From NCBI RefSeq assembly GCF_963921235.1, contig NC_086098.1, forward strand, positions 121,272,001 through 121,336,000: a stretch of 64,000 nt of DNA, read 5' to 3'. Made by a program: the position numbers and the translations under genes. The stretch's first letter is position 1. Every line of letters starts with the position of its first letter. The stretch comes from Mobula hypostoma. Taxonomy: Eukaryota. Below are positions 54,451 to 64,000 of the stretch, piece after piece. The notes below the pieces were generated by a model. The model made no database searches. It saw only the letters and a list, made by a program, of their open reading frames with translations, and was not told where the DNA came from.

Positions 54451-54989
54451 TTCAATGCGTGTTGTGCCTTTTTAGGGGTATTGCTGACCATAGATGCAAT
54501 CTGAACGAAGGTTCTGCCTTTTAGGGATTTGGGAACCTGCAGTTCGATAGGGAGAAGCTAAAATCAGATCTCAGTATTAGAGTGGAGTAAAGGGGAAAAA
54601 GAGGCATGAGAGAGGTCCAACCCCAAACAAGAGAAAATCTGCAAATGCTGGAAATCCAAGCAACACGCTCAAAATGCTGGGGGAACTCAGCAGGCCTGAC
54701 AGCAACTATGTAAAAAAATACAGGTGACGTTTCGGGCCGAGATCCTTCGAAAACAGTCGAAGACAGCATAAAAGCAAAAGAGAGGCCATAAAACATAGCC
54801 AAAATTATACTACCCTGAGATTCATTTTCAAGGTCAAGGAATGAACTACTACGCACAGTGGCTGAAAAACAACCAATGTGCAAAAGAAAACTAACTGAGC
54901 AAATCCAAAATGAGAATAATAAAAAATAGTAAACAACTAATACTGCGAGCATGAGTTGTGGTATCCTTGAAAGTGAGTCCGTAGGTTGT

Positions 54990-57420
54990 GGAAGAAATTG
55001 AGTGTTGAGGTGAGTTCATGCTGGTTCAGGAGCCTGATGACTGTGTGGTAAGAATTCCTGTACCTCCTTGCCGATGACAGAAGTGGGAAGAGAACATGGT
55101 CTGGATGATGGGCGTCCTTGGTGTAAGATGCTGCAATTTTTGTAGCAGCACTCCTTGCAAATATGCTCGGTGCTGGGGATGGATTAGCCTATATCCACGA
55201 CCTTTGCGTGTTTCCATGACAGGCCGTGATGCAACCAATCAGAACCCTCTGCACAATGCACACAAAATGCTGGAGGAACTCAGCAGGGCGCTCTATTATG
55301 CCGAATCTCTGCACACTTTCGAGAAAGTAGAGGTGCTGTGCCTTCTTTGTAGTGGCACTTCCACGCTGAAATGATAATGCCAAGGAATTTAAAAGTTACT
55401 CACCCTCTAGTAGGTACTGTCTCACGGACCTCTGTTTTCCACCTCTAGTAAATAATCAGCTCATTGGTTTTGCTGACATTGAGTGAGAGGTTGTTGTAGT
55501 GGCGCCACTTAGCCAGATTTTCAATCTCCCTTCTAAATGCCGATAGACTGTAGGAATGAGATTTAAAAAAAACAACAGAAGACAATTAAAAAACCAATAA
55601 GGAGAGAAAAGATGAAATACTGGATGAAGGTAAGCAGGCCGATAATATAGAAGAGAATACGAACGGAATCAGATTTAATATCACAGGCATACGTTGTGAA
55701 ATTTGTTGTTTTGCGGTAGCAGTACATAGTAATAATAAAAAAAACTAAATTTACAGTAAGAAATATATAAAAAAATAAATTAAGTAAGTAGTACAAAAAT
55801 ATAGAGAGGTAGTATTAATGGGTTCAGTGTTCATTCAGAAACGTGATGGCAGAGGGCAAGAAGCTGTTCCTGAAACATTGAGTGTGTATCTTCAGGCTTC
55901 TGTACCTCCTCCCTGAAGCAATGGGGAGAGGGCATGCCCTGCGTGATGGGGGAGGGGGGGTCCGTAACGAGGCCTCCTTGAGCTGTCCTCGATGCTGGGG
56001 AGGCTAGCGCCCGTGGTGGAACTGGCTGAGTTTAGAATTTTCCGCAGCTTCTTTTTTTTGATTCTGTGCAGTGGCCCCTCCTTACCAGATGGTGATGTGA
56101 CCAGCTAGGATGCTGTCCTAAGTACTCCTGTGGCAATTTACAAGAGTCTTTGTTGTCACAACAAGTCTCTTTAAACTCCTAATGAAATACAGTAGGAATG
56201 ACTGGCGAGCCTTGTTTGGAATTGCATCAAAATTACAATTTTTTCAGATATATAAAGAGTAAAAGAATCAGAATCAGGTTTATTATCACCAGCATGTGAC
56301 GTGAAATTTGTTAACTTAACAGTAGTAGTTCAATACAATACAGTACATAATATAGAAGAGAAAAATAAAATAATAATAATAAATAAGTAAATCAATTACA
56401 ATATACATACATTGAAAAGATTTTTAAAACGTGTAAAAAAACAGAAAGTAGTGTCCAAAGGTTCAATGTCCATTTAGGAATCGGATGGCAGAGGGGAAGA
56501 AGCTGTTCCTGAATCAGTGAATGTGTGTCTTCATACTTCTGTACCTCCTACCTGATGGTAACAGTGAGAGAAGGGCATGCCCTGGGTGCTGGATGCTGTT
56601 CAACAGCATTTAATACCATCATTCCCACAATCCTGATTGAGAAGTTGCAGAACCTGGGCCTCTGTACCTCCCTCTGTAATTGGATCCTCACCTTCCTAAC
56701 CAGAAGACCACAGTCCGTGCAGATTGGTGATAACATATCCTCCTCACTGATGATCAACACTGGTGTACCTCAGGGGTGTGTGCTTCACCCACTGCTCTAC
56801 TCTCTGTATACACATGACTGTGTGGCTAGGCATAGCTCAAGTACCATCTATAAATTTGCAGACAAATACAACCATTGTTGGTAGTATCTCAGATGGTGAC
56901 AAGAGGGCGTACAGGAGTGAGATATGCCAACTAATGGAATGGTGCCACAGCAACAACCTGGCACTCAACATCAGTAAGATGAAAGAGCTGATTGTGGACT
57001 TCAGGAAGGGTAAGACGAAGGAACACATACCAATCCTCATAGAGGGGTCAGAAGTAGAGAGAGTGAGCAGTTTCAAGTTCCTGGGTGTCAAGATCTCTGA
57101 GGATCTGACCTGGTCCCAACATATGGATGTAGTTATAAAGAAGGCAAGACATGTATGCTACCTTTCTGAGACACCGCTTCCTCAAGGTGTCCTGGGTACT
57201 TTGTAGGCTAGTCCCCAAGATGCAGCTGACGAGATTTACCTCTTTCTGCAGCTTCTTTCAGTCCTGTGTAGTAGCTCCCCCATACCGGGGAGTGATGCAG
57301 CATGTCAAAATGCTCTCCACAGTACATCTATAGAAGTTTTTGAGTGTATTTGTTGACATGCCAAATCTCTTCAAACTCCTAATGAAGTATAGTTGCTGCC
57401 TTGCCTTCTTTATAACTACA
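54990..57420. mobile_element. Nested Rex1/Babar-like LINE fragments in both orientations
   Basis: Plus-strand insert about 56597-57150 ([44 protein letters not shown]) inside minus-strand 3' fragments with AATCAG-repeat tails. Confidence 0.7.
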
Positions 57421-57424
57421 TCGA

Positions 57425-59130
57425 GGTGAAAATGGAAATCAAGCTGCTAGAAAGTGATGTTGGAGAGGTAGTAATGGGGGTTAAAGAAATGATCGATGAA
57501 CTTAATAAGTATTTTGCAGCAGTCTTAACTATGGAAAACACTAGCAGTATGCCAGAAATTCGAGAGGTCGGGGCAGAAGTGAGTGTAGTTGCTATTACTA
57601 AGGAGAAGGTGCTTGGGAAGCTGAGAGGTCTGAAGGTAGATAAGTCACCTGGACTAGATGGTCCAAACCCCAGGGTTCTGAAAGAGGTGGCTGAAGAGAT
57701 TGTGGAGGCATTAGTAATGATCTTTCAAGAAGCACTAGATTCTGTAGTGGTTCCAGAGAACTGGAAAATTGCAAATGTCACTCCACTCTTTAAGAAGGGA
57801 GGGAGGCAAAAGATATGAAATTATAGGACAAACCAGTGGTTGGTAAGATGTTGGAGTTTATTATTAAGAATGAGGTTTCAAGGTACTTGGAGGCACTTGA
57901 TAAAATAGGGTGAATTCAGCATTGTTTTCTTCAGGGGAAATCTTGCCTGACAAATCACTTGGAATTCTTTGAGGAAATAACAGGCAGGATAGATAAAGGA
58001 GGGCTAGTTACTTGGATTTTCAGAAGGCCCTTAATAAGGTGCCATACATGAAGCTGCAAAACAAGATAAGTGCCCATGTTATTACAGTAAAGATACTAGG
58101 ATGGATAAAAGATTGGTCGACTGGCAGGAGGCAAGGAGTGGCAATAAAGGGGCCTATTTTGGCTGGCTGTCAGTGGTGTTTTGCAGGACTGCTTCTTTTC
58201 ACATTTTATGTCAATAATTTGGATGATGGAATTGATGGGTTTGTGGATGATACAAAGATAAATGGAGGGGCAGGTAGGTTTGAGGATGCAAGGAGTCTGC
58301 AGAAAGACTGGACAGATTGGGAGAATGGGCAAAGAAGTGGCAGATGGAATACAGTGTCGGGAAGTGTATGGTCATGCATTTTGGCAGAAGGAATAAAGGC
58401 ATAGACTATTTTCTCAATGGGGATCAAATTCAGAAATCACAGGTGCAAAGAGACTTGGGAGTTCTCGTGCAAGATTCCCTAAAGGTTAACTTGTAGGTTG
58501 AACTAGTGGTAAGGAAGGCAATTGCAATGTTAGCATTCATTTCAAGAGGACTAGAATATATATGTAAGGATGTAATGCTGAGGCTTTAGAAAGCATTGGT
58601 GGGCCCTCACTTGGAGTATTGTGAGCAGTTTTGAGCACCTTATTTAAGAAAGCATGTGCTGGCATTGGAGAGGGTTCAGAGGAAGCTCTCAAGAACAATC
58701 CCAGGCATGAAAGGGTTAACTCATGAGGAGCATTTGATGGCTCTGGGCCTGTACTCACTGGAGTTTACAAAAATAAAGGAGGATCTCATTGAAATCTATC
58801 AAATATTGAAAGGTCTAAATAGAATTATTGAAGAGGATGTTTCCTTTAGTGTGGAGTCTAGGACCAGAGGGTTTAATCTCAGAATACAAGGATATTCCTT
58901 TAGAACAGAGAGGAGGAAGAATTTCTTTAGCCAGAGGGTGGTGAATCTGTGGAATTTATTACCACAGATGGCTGTGGAGGCCAAATGATTGGGTATGTAT
59001 TAAGTGAAGGTTGAGAGGTTTTGGATTAGTCAGAGCATCCAAGGTTACAGGGAGAAGGCAGGTGCAATGGCAAAGTAGACTCAATGTGCTGAACAGCCTG
59101 GATGTACTCCTATATCGTATGGTCTTATGG
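57425..59130 (+). mobile_element. Degraded CR1 ORF2 3' portion
   Basis: DKSPGLDGPNPRVLKE, WKIANVTPLFKKG, DFQKAL.KVP, NFFSQRVVNLWN; CR1 3' UTR. Confidence 0.85.
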
Positions 59131-59384
59131 GATGACACCAAACACTAACAAACCTTTACCAATACACATGCCACAGGAAAGCAGCAGTCATCATCAATGA
59201 CCCCCACCATCCAGGCCATGCCCTCTTCTCACCACTACCATTCGGAAGAACGTACTGAACCCTTAAGTCCCGCACCACCTGGTTCAGGAACAGTTACTCG
59301 CCTACAGCCTGAACTGGTTCTTGAACAATCCACAGGCTCACTTTCAAGGACTCTACAACTCATGTTTTTGGTATTATTTTTATT

Positions 59385-60500
59385 TGCAGATGCTGGAAAT
59401 CTTGAGCAAGATACACAAAATGGTGGAGGAACTCAGCAGGTCAGGCAGCATCTGTGGAGGAGAAACAGGTGTCATTTTGGGCTGAGACCTTCATCAGTAC
59501 TAGAAAAGAAGGGGGAAGAAGGCAGAATAAGAATGTAGGGGGAAATGAAGCCGGTGGGTGATAGAGGACAGGGAAGAGGGGTAGTGAGGGAGGGGGAATG
59601 AAGTGAGAAGCTGGAAGGTGATAGATGGAGATGGTAAAGTGCTGTAGAAGGAGGAATCTGATAGGAAAGGACAGCAGACTCTGGGAGAAAGGGAAGGAGG
59701 AGGGGCACCAGAAGTAGGCAATAGGCAGGTGAGAAGAGAAGGGGTGAAAGGGCAACCAGAGTGGGGAATGGAAGAAAGGGAGAATGAAAAATTGCTGGAA
59801 GATGGAGAACTCAATGCCATCAAGTTGGAGGCTACTCAATGGAATATGAAGTGTTGCTCCTCCAACCTGAGGTGGCCTCATCGTGGTGGTAGAGGAGGCC
59901 ATGGACTGAGATGTTGGATTGGGAGTGGGAAGAAGAATCAAAATAGGTGGTCACTGGGAAATCCTACCTGTTGTGGCAGACAGAGAGAAGGTGCTCATGG
60001 AGGGGTCCCCCAATCTATATTCTGTCTCACTGATGTAAAGGAGGCCGCACGGGGAGCATGGGATACAGCAGATGATCCCTGATAGACTTGCAGGTGAAAA
60101 GTGTTGACTGTCTGGGACCCTGAATAGTGGTGAGGATGAAAGTGTAGCACACGTTCTGCTTACAGGGTTAATTGCCAACAGGGAGATCAATGGGGAGGGA
60201 CAAATGAACAAAGGAATTACGGAGACAGTGATTCCTGCGGGAAGTGGAGAGTAGAAGACAAAATGTGTTTAGTACTAGAATTTACAGAGGATGATGTGCT
60301 GGATGTGGACGTCCTGGGGTGGTCGGTAAGGACAGGGGAAACTATCCCTGTTATGGTGGCAGGGAGGTTGGGTGAGGGCGGATGTCTGGGAAATGGAAGA
60401 GATGCAGTGAGAGTAGCATCAATGGTAGAAGGCAGGAAACTTGTCCTTTGAAGAAAAAGGACATCGCAGATGTTCTGAAATGGAACGGATGTGGCAGAGG
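59385..60500 (-). mobile_element. Penelope-like element fragment (GIY-YIG region and 3' end)
   Basis: Minus-strand GIICCIPCSPCGLLYISETEYRLGD (degenerate GIY-YIG with CxxC) and HLRLEEQHFIF. Confidence 0.7.
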
Positions 60501-60759
60501 CTTCCCACTTTCTGGCTTGGCTCCTAGAACACTGGCTTACAACATTGTATACCAAATCTCGAATGTATCCTGTCTCAATTTCCTTACCCCCTGTTTAAAG
60601 AAGGAGACAAACTATGGTGTGGTTACTCTAATTTTGGGTCCAGGGATATTTGTTAGTGTCATTTGGAAATCATGGTCTGTATAGACAGTATCTGCTGGTC
60701 CTTTCTAACCAATTTCTATTTATTTATTTAGACATTCAGCACATTAACATATATTTCCG

Positions 60760-60955
60760 GCCCAACGTGTCCTTGCTGCCCAATTACACTCATGTGACCA
60801 ATTAAACTACGTCTTTGGACTGTGGGAGGAAACCAGAGCACCCAGAGGAAACCCATGAGGCCATGGGGAGAATATACAAACTCCTGACAGACAGCAAAGG
60901 AGTCGAACCCAGGTTGCTGATGTTGTAATAGTGTTGCACTAACCGCTACACTGCT
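60760..60955 (-). repeat. HE1/V-type SINE
   Basis: gtctttggactgtgggaggaaaccagagcacccagaggaaacccat = reverse V-domain-like segment; tRNA-like head with gggttcgactcc. Confidence 0.65.
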
Positions 60956-61192
60956 GCATTTAAGCTAAAAATTAGAAATACTCAGCAGGTCAGGCTGCAT
61001 CTGCAAAGAGAGAGACATTTTATGTATCATTTTTTGTCAGATCTGAAGAAGGATCATAAATTTGAAATGTTAACTCTTACTTCTCACTCCACAAATGAAT
61101 CAGAATCAGGATTAATATCGCTGGAATATTTTGTAAAATGTATTGTCTTGTGGCAGCAGTACATAGCAATATATAGTACTAAAAATCCTATA

Positions 61193-61492
61193 GGTATCTG
61201 TTAGTCTCCTGAGACCATGGATTTGAGCCTTGGAAGGTTTCCAGGGTCCAGGCCTGGGCAAGGTTGTATGGAAGACCGGTAGTTGTCCATGCTGCAAGTC
61301 TCCCTCTCCACGCCACCAATGTTGTCCAAGGGAAGGGCACTAGGGCCGATACAGCTTGGCACTGGTGTCGTCGCAGAGCAGTGTGTGATTAAGTGCCTTG
61401 CTCCAGGACACAACACTTTGCCTCGGCTGAGGCTCGAACTCACGACCTTCAGATCATTAGACTGATACCTTAACCACTTGGCCACACATTTA
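61193..61492 (-). repeat. tRNA-derived SINE with 13-bp TSD
   Basis: Reverse complement of the 27062-27376 family; TSD TAAAAATCCTATA at 61180-61192 and 61493-61505. Confidence 0.85.
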
Positions 61493-61505
61493 TAAAAATC
61501 CTATA

Positions 61506-62600
61506 AATTACAATAAGTATATTGTATACCTGTATATAAAAATCAGATTAAATAAATAGTGTAAAAAAGGAGAAAAAATAATGAGAAAGTCTGATGGTGA
61601 AGGGAAGAAGTTGCTCCTGAAACATTGAGTGTGTGTCTTCAGGCTCCTGTACTTCCTCCTTGATGGTAGCAATGAGAAAGGGGCATATTCTGGGTGGTGT
61701 GGGTTCTTAATGATGGATATGCCTTTATGAAGGTGTTCTCGATGCTGGGAGGTCTAATGCCCATGGTGGAGCTGGCTGAGTTTACAACTTTCTGATCTTG
61801 TGCAGTGGCCCCTCCATACCAGACAGTGATATAACCCATTAGCATACTCTCCACAGTACACCTGTAGAAATATTGCAAATATAATTGGTGATATAACAAT
61901 TCTTCTCAAATTCATAATGAAATATAGCTGCTGTCGTGCCATCTTTGTAACTGCATCAACATGTTGGGCCCAGGAGAGATCTTCAGAGATGTTGACACCC
62001 AGGAACTTGACACTGCTCATCCTTTCCAGTGCTGATCCCTCGAGGAGGACTGGTGTATTCCCTCCACTTTCCCTTCCTAAAGTCCACAGTCAATTCCCTG
62101 GTCTTACTGACATTGAGTGCAAGGTTGTTGTTGTGACACCACTCAACCGGCTGATCTATCTTGCTCCTCTACATTTCCTTGTCACCACCTGATATTCTAC
62201 TAACAATAGTTGTGTCATCAGCAAGTTGATTCTAGCTATGACCAACCTCTCAAAGCACTTTATAGCAGCAGATGTGAGTGCCACTGGGCAATAATCATTG
62301 GCGCAGCTCACCTTGGGCACTGGTAAGATCGTTGTCGTTCTGAAGAAGCAGGTGGCAGCCTCCAGCTGTAGCAGTCAGAGATTGCAGGTGCCCTTGAACA
62401 CTCTTGCCAGTTGGTTGGCGCAGGTTTTCAGAGACCTACGAGGTAGACCATCAGACCCTAATGCCTTCCAAGAACTCACCCTCTTGAAAGATGTTCTGAG
62501 GTCAGATTCCGAGACAGAGATCACAAGATCACCGGATGCTGCAGGAGTGTACATAGGTATCGTTTCATTCTCCCTTTCAAAGATTGCATAAAAGGCGTGC
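61506..62600 (-). mobile_element. Rex1/Babar-like LINE fragments
   Basis: SSVKFLGVNISEDLSWAQH, FYRCTVES..GYITVWYG, LKTCANQLA. Confidence 0.75.
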
Positions 62601-62959
62601 ATAAAATCCTGTGACCTGTTAAGCATTTTCAACATTTCTGGTTTTATTTCAGATTTCCAGCATCTACAGTTTTTTTAGATTTTTGGTTACTGGAGATACA
62701 GAGCTTGCAATCAGGGGCTAAGAAATGTCAGCACGTACATTAACTTATTGAAGTACATTAATTTATGTCTTGGCACTATAGATTCTGTGCTCTCGAGGAA
62801 GTGTGCATAACGTGTTTGTGAGTCGAATTTAATGTAAGTTATTGAACACTATGGACTCTCACATTCGATTGTGTTTGCAAAATCCAGTGTCTGGCGAGAT
62901 AGCCAAAGAACATGAACTAATATTTTTCTGATGTTAGTTCTAAAGTAATTGTGGTTTAC

Positions 62960-64000
62960 AGCCACCAATACTAACATCCCCTCAAAACTTATCAGAAGTT
63001 CTGAGACCTTGGCCTCTATACCTCCTGTCCACCATTTTCTCAGTTGCAGACCCCAGTCAGAACAGATTGGCAACAGTATCTTTTCCACAATCACCATTAG
63101 CACAGACGCACCACAAAGCTATATGCTTGGGCCCCCTGCTGCACTTGCTTTACACCTATGACTGTGAGGCTAAGTGCAGCCCCAATGCCATATTTAACCT
63201 TGCTAATGACACCAGTGTTGCTGGCCGAGTCAAAGGTGGTGATGAATAGACATCTAGCAGGGAGAGTGAAAATCTGGTTGAATGGTGTTGCAACAATCTC
63301 ACACTCAACATCAGCAAAACTGAAGAGTTGATTATCGACCATAGAAGAAAGAAATCGGAGGTCCATGAGCCTGTCCTCATTAAGTGATCAAAGGTGGAGA
63401 GGGATAGTAACTTTAAAAATGTTGGTTGTTATCATATAAGAGAATCTGTCCTGGGACCTTCCCTTCTTACAAAGATTCAGAATGTCATCTAAAACTTTGA
63501 CGAACTTATATAGATGTAGAGTGGAGAGTATCCTGACTGGTTGCATCTCAGCCTGGCATGGAAACACCAATGCCCAAGGTGGATACAGCCCAGTCCACCA
63601 CAGTCAAAGCCCTCCCCACCACTGAGCACATCTACAAGCAGCACTGCCCATGAGGAAGCAGCATCCATCATCTCGGACCCCACCATCAAGGCCATTCTCT
63701 CTTCTCCCTACTACCATTGGTAGAGTAGGAGCTACAGGAGCCTTGGGTGCCTCACCACCAGGTTCAGGAAGTTACGATTCTTCCACCATCAGGCTCCTGA
63801 GCCAACATGGATAACTTCACTCACCTCAACTCTGAACTGATTCCACAACTCATGGACTCTCTTTAAGGACTCTACACTCATGTTCTCAGTATTATTTATT
63901 TACTGTATTTTCACAGTTTGTTTATTGTGACATTGCTTGTTTGACCTCCTTTATTTGAGTGTAGTTTCTCATTGATTCTATTATGTTTCTTTATTCTATT
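62960..64000 (+). mobile_element. Rex1/Babar-like LINE 3' fragment
   Basis: LYTYDC..., NLANDTSVAG, NLTLNISKT, GCISAWHG and 3' UTR. Confidence 0.75.

Noticed and set aside
62783-62833. Possible plus-strand exon (tatag|...|gtaagt), considered as a DNAH8 5' exon
   Set aside because: Stops in all three frames and no other support.

Overview
Vertebrate genomic DNA, most likely from a cartilaginous fish (shark/ray-type repeats: CR1 LINEs, Rex1/Babar-like LINEs, HE1/V-type and other tRNA-derived SINEs, Penelope-like elements). Much of the window is nested, decayed retroelements. Genes read from the sequence: (1) a complete six-exon GLO1 (glyoxalase I) on the minus strand, 45331-54156, 181 aa, all introns GT-AG, with a CpG/CCAAT promoter; (2) immediately 3' of GLO1, a cluster of three intron-less cold-shock RNA-binding protein genes of the CIRBP/RBM3 family: two intact copies (16286-16699 +, 37948-38475 -), each with its own differently built CpG-rich promoter and a different low-complexity tail, plus a decayed copy (about 2606-2985 +); (3) a Gypsy LTR retrotransposon (27452-30149) whose RT/RNaseH/integrase core is replaced by an intron-less fragment of the splicing factor RBM25, apparently LTR-mediated mRNA capture. 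Also present: a palindromic Penelope-like insertion with an 11-bp target-site duplication, two inverted young CR1 copies sharing the same nonsense mutation, and a candidate small 3'-UTR exon behind one CIRBP-like gene. All homology calls come from recalled protein sequences and by-eye alignment, not database searches; repeat boundaries are approximate.
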